DNA of 64,000 nucleotides from an uncultured Ruminococcus sp. (GCA_964571635.1 CAZNCN010000007.1:1096-65095), one strand, 5' to 3'; shown: positions 10,701 through 19,161, counted from the stretch's first letter. Translations and numbers: made by a program. Notes: generated by a model from the letters alone, not told the origin.

Positions 10701-11217
10701 CTATGATCTTTATATAAAGATACTCGAGGATGCCGTCAATGAGCTCAAGGGCAAGCCGACCAAGCAAGAGCAGTCCTGCACGGTCGATATACTTGTTGAC
10801 AGCTTTATCGGCGACGACTATATCGATTCATCAAAAATACGCATGGATGTTTACCGCAAGATCGCACACATCCGCAATACGGCAGAATACAACGACCTTT
10901 ATGACGAACTGTCAGACAGGTTCGGCGATCCGCCTCGTTCAGCACAGAATTTGATGAAGGTTTCGCTTATACGCAACGCCGCGTCTGCCTGCGGCTTCAG
11001 GCTCATCGAGCAGCGCGATACTCAGCTTTTGCTGCATAACGACAGGCTCGATATGGCTGCGGCATCTGCCGTGGCAGCCGACAGCGACCTGCGCGGACGT
11101 GTGCTTATCAATGCGGGAAATGCACCGTATATCGCTTATCGCCTGCAAAAAGGCACCGATATACCCGAGGTGCTCTCGCAAATTCTCAAAATTTATGCTC
11201 AAAATCACAAAAATTAA
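7735..11217 (+). CDS. mfd: transcription-repair coupling factor
   Basis: 1160-aa ORF with an UvrB-homology N-terminus, Walker A 'GDVGFGKTEV', a 'LLIVDEEQRFG' helicase box and a TRCF C-terminal domain. It overlaps the pth stop in an ATGA arrangement. Confidence 0.95.
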   Translation: MNYIYDYFRRDNEYSALIDGIKGGISPAIVTGVCESARPFFAGALTEDTGKVTLILAADERECEKLCDGLCALGLEAVVYPARDYVFDNIGTYSKEFEQQRIAALYAVLCRTCDVVITTPDAAAQYTIPAKILSERAFTLERGKCASLSDIKKKLIECGYSQCELVEGAGQFAVRGGILDIFTPQNKYPYRIDFFGDEIDLIGEFDIETQRRTENHRSLTVLPCREVITDAESSQRMMAEIDRLLASSKTADKIKETLHRERSDLEAGMQVSFADRFFTLVYDKNECLLDYLGNGILCQIYDTQKVKERKKAFDWTYGENIESLVKNGCCTYKTPVSALMGDEFYARLPAMTVACDIFSSSGRLLPYKAQYTLVAETQSGFGGKQDVMLDELKTTATKDKAVLLLCRTKRSAEIMFEMLAEHGFTVSMLAGKLDKGCVTVGYIDDGAALPFGFSLPKTGLVLLTDRDAAARNTPTRRRSKAGNIHKGERIASYADLSVGDIVVHVNHGIGRYEGVKTLVTEGVTRDYIKIVYADNGILYVPCNQLDMVSKYVCGGDNVKLSKMGSSEWQKAKAKARLAAQDIAKELIRLYAERQQKEGFAFPPDDEMQEEFEAGFEYSETECQMRAAAEIKSDMQQSRPMDRLLCGDVGFGKTEVSLRAAFKCVFSGKQCAILVPTTILAMQHYQTLLARFRGYPVNIAMMSRFVTKAEQSRVINDLAKGAVDIVVGTHRLLQKDVVFDDLGLLIVDEEQRFGVKHKESIKMLAQNTDVLTLTATPIPRTLNMALSGIRDMSVLEEAPTDRMPVQSYVLEHDDAVIDEAIRRELRRGGQVFYLHNNVDSIYSKAAAIAQRFPDSNVAIGHGKMDKEELSDVWSGMVQGEIDILVCTTIIETGVNVPNANTLIIEDADRMGLSQLHQIRGRVGRSSRKAYAYFTYRPEKILSEIATKRLEAIREFTEFGSGFKIAMRDLELRGAGNLLGSEQSGHMEAIGYDLYIKILEDAVNELKGKPTKQEQSCTVDILVDSFIGDDYIDSSKIRMDVYRKIAHIRNTAEYNDLYDELSDRFGDPPRSAQNLMKVSLIRNAASACGFRLIEQRDTQLLLHNDRLDMAAASAVAADSDLRGRVLINAGNAPYIAYRLQKGTDIPEVLSQILKIYAQNHKN

Positions 11218-11280
11218 TGTGCATTTAAGCAAATGTGTGCTATACTATAAAAAAAGTGCCTTTCGGCATCGGAGGTTAAT

Positions 11281-12735
11281 ATGAAGTCAACCAAAAAAAT
11301 CGTTGCTGCCATACTTTGTGCGTGTATGCTTTTTGCACTCACGTCATGTGCCGCAGCAAACAGAACGCCTGTGTTTTCATATGAGGACCAGAGCATAACA
11401 TCAGATTACTATTCGCTCATCCTTTCGTATCAAAAGGGCTATTATATGACGCTCTTTAATTATTATTACGGCATTGACCTTTCGGCAAATCCTGAGCAGT
11501 GGGAAACCGAATATTCAAAGGGTGTTACGCTTGCCGACCAGATCACGTCTGATATCAACGACTATTGCCGCATAGTGCTCATATGCAATTATCTTGCCGC
11601 AAAGTACGGCATCGAGGTCACCAAAGAGGATACCCTCAAGGAGATCGACGACACCGTTTCGAGCTATGTTGCCAACTATGGTGGTGATGATCTGTTTGCG
11701 GTCGAGCTCGCCAAGATAGGTGCCGACAAGGCGACGTTCCTTAAGTTCCTTGATGATTCATATCGCGTTTCGCTCGTTCAAGAGCATCTTTATGGCGAGA
11801 ACGGCATTCAAAAGGTTCCTGCAGCCGATGTAGAGGATTATTTCTTAAAGAACTACAAAAAGGTTGACAGCATGTCCTTCAGCTATTATGCCCTCAAGGA
11901 TGGCAGCGAAACAGAATACGAGACCTACATCGCAGATTTCACTACCAACGAGATAAGCGCATATTTCGCAGAGAATTATATCAAGTGCAATTATCTCTAT
12001 TACGAAAAGGGCAAGGACGAGAAAGACGACGACTTCAAAGTACGCACAGACGAGGTGCTGTCGCAGCTTTCCGACGGCTCAAAAACTTTCGCCGACCTCA
12101 AGAGCAGTGCAGACGGCGCTAATGCAGATTGGGTCGTTTCGTCCTCCAAGCTCGGTGCTGATGTGTTTGAAAAGGCAAAGAGTGCAGAGCTCGGTGAATG
12201 GATAAGCGTTTCGGATGACGGCGGCATTCACATCATTTGCAGAGCAGAAACCGCTGCAAGCGACCTTACCGAAACTGTAGAAAAAGAATGCAAGACCGCG
12301 ATGAGCCGCAAGGCAGTCAAGGATTATGCTGAAAAATATCTGGAAGATGTTAAGGCGGGTACCGTCGAATACGGCAAGGAGCTCAAGACTGATTTTTATA
12401 CCGCTTTTGTCAACGACAGCATATTCACCGAGTCTGATATGTCCGAGGACATCATGAAGGCTTACAACGCAGCCAAAGAGGGTGAGTATTTCATGGTCGA
12501 AACCACCGACGGTGTGTTTGTGCTTTACAAGGATACACTTGTCGCAGCCGATGCAAAGACCGAATATACCGACAGCTACAGCAATACCAAGACGACCTAT
12601 TATGCCGATATAGAGACCACGCTCAGCAGCGATGCTTTCTATAAATATATGGAGTCCTTCTTTGACTCTATAACCATCGACAAGGACGAGCTCGGCAAAT
12701 ACGACATCCGTACGGCAATAGAGTTTTACGACTGA
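11281..12735 (+). CDS. lipoprotein of unknown function (possibly a SurA-N/PrsA-like chaperone-type protein without a recognisable rotamase motif)
   Basis: 484-aa ORF with a signal peptide and lipobox 'ALTSC'. A GGAGG RBS lies upstream. The mfd-downstream position is where Clostridia often encode a PrsA-like protein. I could not find a parvulin motif. Confidence 0.5.
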   Translation: MKSTKKIVAAILCACMLFALTSCAAANRTPVFSYEDQSITSDYYSLILSYQKGYYMTLFNYYYGIDLSANPEQWETEYSKGVTLADQITSDINDYCRIVLICNYLAAKYGIEVTKEDTLKEIDDTVSSYVANYGGDDLFAVELAKIGADKATFLKFLDDSYRVSLVQEHLYGENGIQKVPAADVEDYFLKNYKKVDSMSFSYYALKDGSETEYETYIADFTTNEISAYFAENYIKCNYLYYEKGKDEKDDDFKVRTDEVLSQLSDGSKTFADLKSSADGANADWVVSSSKLGADVFEKAKSAELGEWISVSDDGGIHIICRAETAASDLTETVEKECKTAMSRKAVKDYAEKYLEDVKAGTVEYGKELKTDFYTAFVNDSIFTESDMSEDIMKAYNAAKEGEYFMVETTDGVFVLYKDTLVAADAKTEYTDSYSNTKTTYYADIETTLSSDAFYKYMESFFDSITIDKDELGKYDIRTAIEFYD

Positions 12736-12773
12736 CAGCAAAAAGCGAACAACTTAATTTAATAAGCATATCA

Positions 12774-12808
12774 AAAGGCGCCGCTCGATTTGAGCAGCGC
12801 CTTTGTTG
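12774..12808. terminator. bidirectional hairpin terminator between the convergent lipoprotein and ispH/S1 genes
   Basis: AAAGGCGCCGCTC / GAGCAGCGCCTTT forms a 13-bp stem with one mismatch and a 5-nt loop. It is flanked by A-run and T-run sequence. Confidence 0.7.
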
Positions 12809-12827
12809 CGTGATTATTATTTGATTA

Positions 12828-14831
12828 TTATTCGTTGGTCTCGGTGGTCTCTTCGGCAGGGGTGTTGGTTTCATCCTCGCTGCCGTCAAGCAGAGCCTTG
12901 ATCGAGAGGCTTACGCGGTTGCGCTCGCTGTCGATGTCGGTGATCTTAACAGTGACCTTGTCGCCTACGTTCAGCACGCTTGCGGGATTTGCAACGGGCT
13001 TGAGAGCGATCTGGGTGTTGTGAATAAGTCCGTCAACGCCGGGAATGATCTCTGCAAATGCGCCGAAGGGCATGATGCTGACGATCTGTGCGTCGACAAC
13101 GTCGCCTACATGATACTTTTCTGCAAAGATTCTGCGGGGGTCGTTCTCTTCGGTCTTATAGCCGAGCGAGATGCGGTGGCGCTCGATGTCGACCTTTTTG
13201 ACATAAACATTGATGGTGTCGCCGACCTTAAAGAGATCGTGCGGTGATCTGAGTCTGCCCCACGAGAGCTCGGTGATGTGTGCCATGCCCTCGACGGGTC
13301 CGATGTTTACGAAAATGCCGTAATCGGTGACTGCACGGACAGTGCCGGTGAATTTCTGACCGACCTCGAGAGTTGCATAAAACTCTTCGATAGCCTTTTT
13401 GCGCTCGATGCGAGCTGCGTTGCGGATAGAGCCGACTGCACGCTTGCGCTGGTCGTTGACCTCGATGATCTTGACGGGAACGCTCTTGCCGAGCAGTGTG
13501 TTCATGTCGCCGTCCTTGGCGATGCCGGTGTGCGATGCGGGCACGAATATCTTTGTGCCTGCCGAATAAACGATGACGCCGCCCTTGGTGACCTCACGCA
13601 CTGTGCCGGTAAGTATAGTGCCCTCTTCTTCAGCCGAAACGATGTTGACCCAGTTTTTGTCTGCGTCAAGGCGCTTCTTTGAAAGCTGAACTGTTCCGTC
13701 GGTGTCGCTGAATTTGAGACAAACAACCTCGATGGGGTCGCCGACATGATATTCGGCAGTAAGATCTACGCCGCTCTCGGATGTTACCTCATCATACGGC
13801 AATATGCCTGTATGCTTAGTACCCAAGTCGACATGAATTTCAGCGGGGCTTACCATTGAAATTATGCCGGTTACCTTCTCTCCTGTATGTAATGTCTTGA
13901 ATGATTGCGCGAGCAGCTCTTCGAACGATTGTTCTTGAATGATCTCTGCCATGGTGTTGGTTACCTCCTCTATAATACTGCTCGGAGTCGATGCTCCGGC
14001 AGTTATGGCGATTTTGTGCAGATCGCAGATGATGCTTGAGTTATTTATCTGCGCTCTGAGGTCGCTTGCGTCCTCTGCGAGGATCGCGCTGCGACAGTGC
14101 TGTTTTGCAATATCAAACAGCTTTTGTGTGTTTGAGCTCGACCTGCTGCCGACGACTATCATAAAGTCGCTTTGCTTTGCGAGCTCGAGTGCCTCTGACT
14201 GGCGCTCGTCGGTGGTGCTGCAGATGGTGTCGAAAATCTGTATCTTATCAATCTCTCTCTGCGAGAGCACCTGCCTACATAATGCCCACTCTGTTTTGCT
14301 GAACGTCGTCTGTGCGACGGCAGCACGCTTGCAACATGGCGCCGAAGCGAGATATTGCATCGCGTCTTTGGAATTGCTTATCACGACAGACCTGCCGCGT
14401 GCATGACCCCTGATGCCCTTGACCTCGGGGTGGGTGGGGTCACCGAATATCAGAACCTCTGTATCCTCGTCAAGCGAGTCGAGTATGCCGTGTATCTTTT
14501 TGACGAACGGGCATGTGCCGTCATATATCGGGCAATCCTTTTGCTTTAAAAATTCTATGACGTCAGGCGGTGCTCCGTGTGCTCTGATGAACACGTTTGA
14601 GCCTTCGCAAATCGCCTGAATACCGTCCTCCTCTATAATAGATACACCACGAACCTTAAATGAATCTGTGACTGTTTTGTTGTGTATAAACTGCCCGAGA
14701 GAATAAATTTTATTGCCCGCCGAAACGATAGAGTCGAGCATATCCACCGCACGTCTGACACCAAAGCAAAATCCTGCGTGGCGTGCAACTGTTATCTTTG
14801 GCAAATCAGTTTTTTGCATCTGCATTCTCAA
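12828..14831 (-). CDS. ispH: bifunctional 4-hydroxy-3-methylbut-2-enyl diphosphate reductase / ribosomal protein S1-like
   Basis: 667-aa ORF. The N-terminal roughly 280 aa is IspH/LytB ('HAGFCFGVRRAV', conserved Cys positions). Four S1 OB-fold repeats follow ('GEKVTGIISMV', 'GTILTGTVREV', 'GQKFTGTVRAV', 'GDVVDAQIVSI'). Confidence 0.85.
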   Translation of the reverse strand: MRMQMQKTDLPKITVARHAGFCFGVRRAVDMLDSIVSAGNKIYSLGQFIHNKTVTDSFKVRGVSIIEEDGIQAICEGSNVFIRAHGAPPDVIEFLKQKDCPIYDGTCPFVKKIHGILDSLDEDTEVLIFGDPTHPEVKGIRGHARGRSVVISNSKDAMQYLASAPCCKRAAVAQTTFSKTEWALCRQVLSQREIDKIQIFDTICSTTDERQSEALELAKQSDFMIVVGSRSSSNTQKLFDIAKQHCRSAILAEDASDLRAQINNSSIICDLHKIAITAGASTPSSIIEEVTNTMAEIIQEQSFEELLAQSFKTLHTGEKVTGIISMVSPAEIHVDLGTKHTGILPYDEVTSESGVDLTAEYHVGDPIEVVCLKFSDTDGTVQLSKKRLDADKNWVNIVSAEEEGTILTGTVREVTKGGVIVYSAGTKIFVPASHTGIAKDGDMNTLLGKSVPVKIIEVNDQRKRAVGSIRNAARIERKKAIEEFYATLEVGQKFTGTVRAVTDYGIFVNIGPVEGMAHITELSWGRLRSPHDLFKVGDTINVYVKKVDIERHRISLGYKTEENDPRRIFAEKYHVGDVVDAQIVSIMPFGAFAEIIPGVDGLIHNTQIALKPVANPASVLNVGDKVTVKITDIDSERNRVSLSIKALLDGSEDETNTPAEETTETNE

Positions 14832-15414
14832 ATCTCTGCGTCACGCGGTCAAAGCAATAAGCGGTTATCTGCTCTCGTGTGGGGTTCTCTGCACAGGACA
14901 TATACTCGTCATAGGTGATTGGCTCGCCTATTATGACTGTCGTTTTGCGGAATATGCCGGGTCTCAAGCGCTTTGTTACAATCGAAACAGGCAGCAATGT
15001 AGCCCTTGACATCTTGGCTATGGCGGCAAAACCGGGCAAGGCGTCGTCGGACGACGGAACCTTGTAGGGCATCCTTGTCCCCTGCGGAAAGATGCCTATG
15101 CTCGTGCCATCGTTTATGATGCCGACGAGCTCTCTGATGCTCTGCATATCTTTGCCGTCGCGGTTGAGTGTGACACAGCCCAGATGCTTAAAAAACCATC
15201 TCGGGAATGCGTGCTTTGTCAGATCGACCTTGGCGGCGAACCTGACAGATCGCTTTAGCGTGACCGCAAGCAATATCGGATCGATAAACGAGCTGTGATT
15301 GGCAAAAACTATATATGGCGCATCGGGCTCGTTTTCTGCGCCGACCTTTTTGACTCTGTAGAGTAAAAATACGAACGGCTTAATGAGCGCCCTTATGAAT
15401 CTGTAAAACTTCAT
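14806..15414 (-). CDS. plsC: 1-acyl-sn-glycerol-3-phosphate acyltransferase
   Basis: 202-aa ORF with the acyltransferase HX4D motif 'NHSSFIDP' and an 'FPQGTR' block. It overlaps cmk by 4 nt. Confidence 0.8.
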   Translation of the reverse strand: MKFYRFIRALIKPFVFLLYRVKKVGAENEPDAPYIVFANHSSFIDPILLAVTLKRSVRFAAKVDLTKHAFPRWFFKHLGCVTLNRDGKDMQSIRELVGIINDGTSIGIFPQGTRMPYKVPSSDDALPGFAAIAKMSRATLLPVSIVTKRLRPGIFRKTTVIIGEPITYDEYMSCAENPTREQITAYCFDRVTQRFENADAKN

Positions 15415-16088
15415 GCTGTCACTCTGTCAATGATCTGCTTTGCTGCCGCAAATGTGCCCTCGAGGTCAAGCAGCGAATTGTCAAGCAATATCGCATCGCT
15501 TGCCGGAATTGCAGGTGCGGTCTCGCGATTTTTGTCATTGTTATCACGCGAACGCATCGCATCGAGCGCCTCTTGCAATGAGATCTGAGTGCCTTTTGCG
15601 GCAAGCTCTGCCACTCTGCGCTGTGCTCTGACCTCGTCTGAAGCGATCAAAAATATCTTGACGTCGGCATCGGGCAATATAATCGTGCCGATGTCACGGC
15701 CGTCCATCACGACCCCGTGCGTGCGTGCGATGCTGCGCTGTGTCTCGAGCAGGAACGCTCTGACCTCGGGCATTGCCGAAACATCCGAAGCATATTTTGA
15801 TATCTCGGGTGTGCGTATCTCTGCGCCAAGCCTTTTGTCGCCGAGATAAACGACGCCCTTGCCGTTCTCGAGCTGCATGGTCACGTCGATCTGCGGCAAA
15901 AGCTCGACGACTCTTGCTCTGTCGGTCGATGTCACTCCGGCATCACGCACATAAAGCCCGACAGCTCTGTAAAGCGCACCTGTATCGATGTGTATGAGAT
16001 TGTATTCTGCCGCTATTTTGTCGGCGAGTGAGCTCTTGCCCGAGCCCGAGGGCCCGTCGATCGCTATGGTCAAAATACCGTTCTTCAT
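15411..16088 (-). CDS. cmk: cytidylate kinase
   Basis: 225-aa ORF with the P-loop 'IAIDGPSGSGKSS' and a 'DGRDIGT' block. The cmk-plsC-ispH/S1 order is typical of Clostridia. Confidence 0.9.
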   Translation of the reverse strand: MKNGILTIAIDGPSGSGKSSLADKIAAEYNLIHIDTGALYRAVGLYVRDAGVTSTDRARVVELLPQIDVTMQLENGKGVVYLGDKRLGAEIRTPEISKYASDVSAMPEVRAFLLETQRSIARTHGVVMDGRDIGTIILPDADVKIFLIASDEVRAQRRVAELAAKGTQISLQEALDAMRSRDNNDKNRETAPAIPASDAILLDNSLLDLEGTFAAAKQIIDRVTA

Positions 16089-16217
16089 TTAATGCTCCGA
16101 AAAAATAAATCGCTAAGAACAATCTTAACACAAGAGGCTGTCAAATGCAAGAGTTTTTTGCGATTTGCCCACAAATATTTATATTATATTTGCGCCAAAA
16201 ACGCCTTTTGGGCATAT

Positions 16218-16257
16218 AAAAAGCAAGCACCTTAAAAATCAAACGATTTTAAGGTGC
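16218..16257 (-). terminator. terminator of tRNA-Gly
   Basis: Inverted repeat GCACCTTAAAA / TTTTAAGGTGC lies just 3' of the tRNA on the minus strand and is followed there by TTGCTTTTT. Confidence 0.6.
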
Positions 16258-16265
16258 AAAATGCA

Positions 16266-16336
16266 AGCGGGCGACGGGAATCGAACCCGCACGGTCAGCT
16301 TGGGAAGCTGAAGTTCTGCCACTAAACTACGCCCGC
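16266..16336 (-). tRNA. tRNA-Gly (anticodon CCC)
   Basis: 71-nt cloverleaf folded by hand. Acceptor GCGGGCG/CGCCCGC, D-arm GTTT/GAAC, anticodon stem TCAGC/GCTGA with loop TTCCCAA, and T-arm GCGGG-TTCGATT-CCCGT. CCA is not encoded. Confidence 0.85.
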
Positions 16337-16346
16337 AGCATGAATA

Positions 16347-16374
16347 AGTATATCACATATTTTCTTTATGTCAA
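16347..16374 (-). promoter_or_regulatory. sigma-A-type promoter for tRNA-Gly
   Basis: The minus strand reads TTGACA, a 16-nt spacer, then TATACT. The -10 box ends 10 nt before the mature 5' end. Confidence 0.65.
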
Positions 16375-16405
16375 GCAAAAATATGTGCTGTTTTAAAAAA
16401 TGGTC

Positions 16406-16433
16406 TTGACATTCTCGGTTTTTCTGCTATAAT
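16406..16433 (+). promoter_or_regulatory. sigma-A-type promoter for tRNA-Thr
   Basis: TTGACA (16406-16411), a 16-nt spacer, then TATAAT (16428-16433). It sits back-to-back with the tRNA-Gly promoter. Confidence 0.65.
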
Positions 16434-16455
16434 ACAAGACGATGTCACGGCATCT

Positions 16456-16527
16456 GCTAATGTAGCACAGGGGTAGTGCAGCTGATTCGTAATCAGCAGG
16501 TCGTGGGTCCGAATCCCACCATTAGCT
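16456..16527 (+). tRNA. tRNA-Thr (anticodon CGT), T-loop atypical
   Basis: 72-nt cloverleaf folded by hand. Acceptor GCTAATG/CATTAGC, D-arm GCAC-AGGGGTA-GTGC, anticodon stem GCTGA/TCAGC with loop TTCGTAA, and T-arm GTGGG-TCCGAAT-CCCAC. Position 55 reads C instead of the near-invariant U. CCA is not encoded. Confidence 0.75.
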
Positions 16528-16542
16528 TTTTTATTTTTACCA

Positions 16543-16576
16543 AATCACCCTGCATGAACGCAGGGTGATTTTTTTG
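16543..16576 (+). terminator. rho-independent terminator after tRNA-Thr
   Basis: TCACCCTGC-ATGAAC-GCAGGGTGA hairpin followed by TTTTTTT. It abuts the stop codon of the convergent XRE gene. Confidence 0.8.
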
Positions 16577-17167
16577 CTATTTTATCTTGATAAATCCAAA
16601 GCAGAGCGTTGCGATGACCTGAGCGGGTATGCCGATGATAAACAATATCCACCAGTTGCCGCCGCCTAGAACGAGCAGCGAAACATATATCGCCGTCAAA
16701 ACAGACCATATTATGCCCGACACCGAAATAAGCCTTGCTGTGTTGCCAAACCAGATAGAGCAAAAGACAAGCAGTGTTATAAACTCGGCAGGCAGGGCAA
16801 TGATATATATTAGCCAGACAATATTGCCTGTCGCTATCCAGACCGCTGCGAATATCGCGGTGATCAGCAGCAGAAGTCCAAGCAAAGAAATAATGGTTAT
16901 CAGCTTGCGGTTGTGCATTTTTTCTGCGCTGATGGTGGTGACCTTTTCTTCGGGTGAGTGGCGCTTCAGCATATAGTCAACTGTTACGTCGAATAATTTT
17001 GCCATCTGCATCAGGACATAGATGTCGGGTATCGCCTCGGCACGCTCCCATTTTGAAACCGATTTATCTGAATATCCTATTCTCTCGCCGAGTTCTGCCT
17101 GGGTGAGGTTGGCGTGTTTTCTGAGTGTGGCAATGTTTGTTGCGACTGTTAATCTGAGATCCTCCAA
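16577..17167 (-). CDS. XRE-family helix-turn-helix regulator with C-terminal transmembrane domain
   Basis: 196-aa ORF with the N-terminal HTH 'LRKHANLTQAELGERIGYSDKSVSKWERAEAIPDI', followed by about four hydrophobic helices. It uses a TTG start with an AAAGGAG RBS 10 nt upstream. Confidence 0.8.
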   Translation of the reverse strand: MEDLRLTVATNIATLRKHANLTQAELGERIGYSDKSVSKWERAEAIPDIYVLMQMAKLFDVTVDYMLKRHSPEEKVTTISAEKMHNRKLITIISLLGLLLLITAIFAAVWIATGNIVWLIYIIALPAEFITLLVFCSIWFGNTARLISVSGIIWSVLTAIYVSLLVLGGGNWWILFIIGIPAQVIATLCFGFIKIK

Positions 17168-17217
17168 ATTATTCGTGCTCCTTTGCGGTAGGTCTGAAAA
17201 TCCTTGTAAAATAAGGG

Positions 17218-17259
17218 AATTCTACTGTTAGTAGAGCCATGCTTTGCAGCAGTAGAATT
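17218..17259. promoter_or_regulatory. 10-bp perfect inverted repeat (candidate operator) in a divergent promoter region
   Basis: AATTCTACTG (17218-17227) and CAGTAGAATT (17250-17259) are separated by 22 nt. AGTAG/CTACT submotifs recur. The repeat lies between the XRE regulator and the SGNH hydrolase genes. Confidence 0.45.
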
Positions 17260-17344
17260 GATGAATATGATAGTAGGTTGGCTTTTTGACCGCCTTGTGA
17301 TAGACTGTCGGCAGCAAAAAACAAGCGAGGTCGGTTTTTAAAAA

Positions 17345-18004
17345 ATGAAACTCTATATTTTTGGTGATTCGATATTAAAGGGCGTCACATTCAGCGGCAC
17401 CAAGGGCAGATACAGCCTTGTTGACAACGACTATAAAAGGCTCACCGACAGCGGTTATGAGATAAGCAATCTGAGCCGCATGGGTGCGACTATCGAATAC
17501 GGCGAAAAGATAATAAAAGAAGAATTGACAGGCGAGGGCGATACCGTCCTGATAGAATATGGCGGCAACGATTGCGATTTTATCTGGCGCGATGTTGCGT
17601 CGGATCCAACGGCAGAGCATTCATGCCGCACCTTGCCCGAGGTGTTCGAGCGCAAATACAGAGAGTGCATCGATTTTGCAAAGTCAAAGGGTGCGCGTGT
17701 GCTTATATCAAACCTGATTCCGCTCGACAGCGAAAAATATTTTGACTTCATCAGCAACGGGCTTGACAAAAGCACCTTGCTTGGCTGGCTCGGCGACAAG
17801 AGTATGCTCTATCGCTGGCAAGAGAATTTCAGCCGCAGGGTTGAGCATCTTGCAGAGATAACCGGTGAAGAGCTGGTCGACCTGCGTGGAGCGTTTTTGC
17901 TCTCTCATGAATTCGGTGAACTTTTGAGTGCCGACGGCATTCATCCGACCGAAAAGGGACACAGACTCATATGCGACACTGTTACAAAAGCGGTCATAGG
18001 CTGA
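17345..18004 (+). CDS. SGNH/GDSL-family hydrolase
   Basis: 219-aa ORF with block I 'IFGDSILKG', block III 'YGGNDC' and block V 'DGIHPT'. Confidence 0.8.
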   Translation: MKLYIFGDSILKGVTFSGTKGRYSLVDNDYKRLTDSGYEISNLSRMGATIEYGEKIIKEELTGEGDTVLIEYGGNDCDFIWRDVASDPTAEHSCRTLPEVFERKYRECIDFAKSKGARVLISNLIPLDSEKYFDFISNGLDKSTLLGWLGDKSMLYRWQENFSRRVEHLAEITGEELVDLRGAFLLSHEFGELLSADGIHPTEKGHRLICDTVTKAVIG

Positions 18005-18018
18005 CACTTTAAAAAAAC

Positions 18019-18056
18019 AAAGGGCTTTTCGTTGATTAATGGGCGAAAAGCCCTTT
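18019..18056. terminator. bidirectional terminator between convergent genes
   Basis: AAAGGGCTTTTCG / CGAAAAGCCCTTT forms a 13-bp perfect stem flanked by A-run and T-rich sequence. Confidence 0.8.
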
Positions 18057-18090
18057 GCGTTATTGCACCCAAATGATTTTTGTGATACAA

Positions 18091-19161
18091 TTATGATATA
18101 ATATGCCCGCCGCCTGCGGCGAGAGATTCAAATCTTGACAGCAGATCAGAGACAGAATATTCTCCGTCGTCGTTGAAATACGATCCGACCCTGTCACCAA
18201 ACGGCAGGTACCAGTGCTCATCAAGTGCCTTCATTCCATAACATGCACCTGCGACAGAGGCAGCAGTTGCAGCAGCGCAGTCGCAGTCGTGAGCCATTGC
18301 CACGCAGTTTGAAATAATATCCGTTATGCTTTTGCCAAAGCATAAAAGTGCATAAACAGTGAGAACTGCATTGTTGAGCGTGTGTACGGTGCTCATGCCG
18401 GGGTATCGTCCGTCGACGAGCTTTATTGCATCCTCGGGCGAATGCACATCCTTTGCGGTCTCAAAGGCATATTTGACAGCCTCTGCCATTCCGCATTCTT
18501 TTGGAATATGGTCAAGTGCTATGGTCAGTGCCTCTTTTATGTCGTCACAGCCGAATGCTGCGGCAATTGCGGCAGCAAAATATTTTGAGCCGTATACACC
18601 CTCGCCTCTGTGGCTGATGAGCGCATCGGTTTCTGCCATGCGTGCCGCTTCGGCAGGGTCGCACGGGTTGATATATGCATATCCGTCGCAGCGTATGTCT
18701 GCGCCAATCCAGTCTGAATATGGGTTGTCGATTTCTGCGCATTTTGCGGCGGGGATGCCGTTTTTGAGGTTCTTTAGGGCGATCTCCTCTGCCGTCCAGG
18801 CGATGGTGAGATATTTGATCCAGTTTTCGCCGACATCCTCAAGCCTGAAATTTCTGCCGTGTTTTTCAACGCAGAGCAGCGACAGGAACGTATAGCCTAT
18901 ATCGTCGTCGCTCGGAACGTGATCCAGAAACGGCTTTGTATAGTTTCTGCACAGCTCGTTGTATCTCGGCATCATAGGCTGCGGATGCATCGGCCAATAG
19001 TCGCGGGGAGGGAACGAAAAGCCTATCGCATCGGCATAATCGTGCATCTGCCTGTTGCTCCAGCCCTCGACAGGCGCACCGAGCGTGCATCCCGCAAAGC
19101 GAGACAGCATCGCCGCCTTCAGTCTGTCTTTGTATGTTTCAAGTGTAATGCTGCTTTTCAT
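18091..19161 (-). CDS. ADP-ribosylglycohydrolase-family protein
   Basis: 356-aa ORF with ARH-type blocks: 'GCTLGAPVEG', 'SDDDIGYT', and a C-terminal 'HDCDCAAATAASVAGACYG' metal-binding Asp cluster. An AGGAGGG RBS lies upstream. Confidence 0.8.
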   Translation of the reverse strand: MKSSITLETYKDRLKAAMLSRFAGCTLGAPVEGWSNRQMHDYADAIGFSFPPRDYWPMHPQPMMPRYNELCRNYTKPFLDHVPSDDDIGYTFLSLLCVEKHGRNFRLEDVGENWIKYLTIAWTAEEIALKNLKNGIPAAKCAEIDNPYSDWIGADIRCDGYAYINPCDPAEAARMAETDALISHRGEGVYGSKYFAAAIAAAFGCDDIKEALTIALDHIPKECGMAEAVKYAFETAKDVHSPEDAIKLVDGRYPGMSTVHTLNNAVLTVYALLCFGKSITDIISNCVAMAHDCDCAAATAASVAGACYGMKALDEHWYLPFGDRVGSYFNDDGEYSVSDLLSRFESLAAGGGHIIS

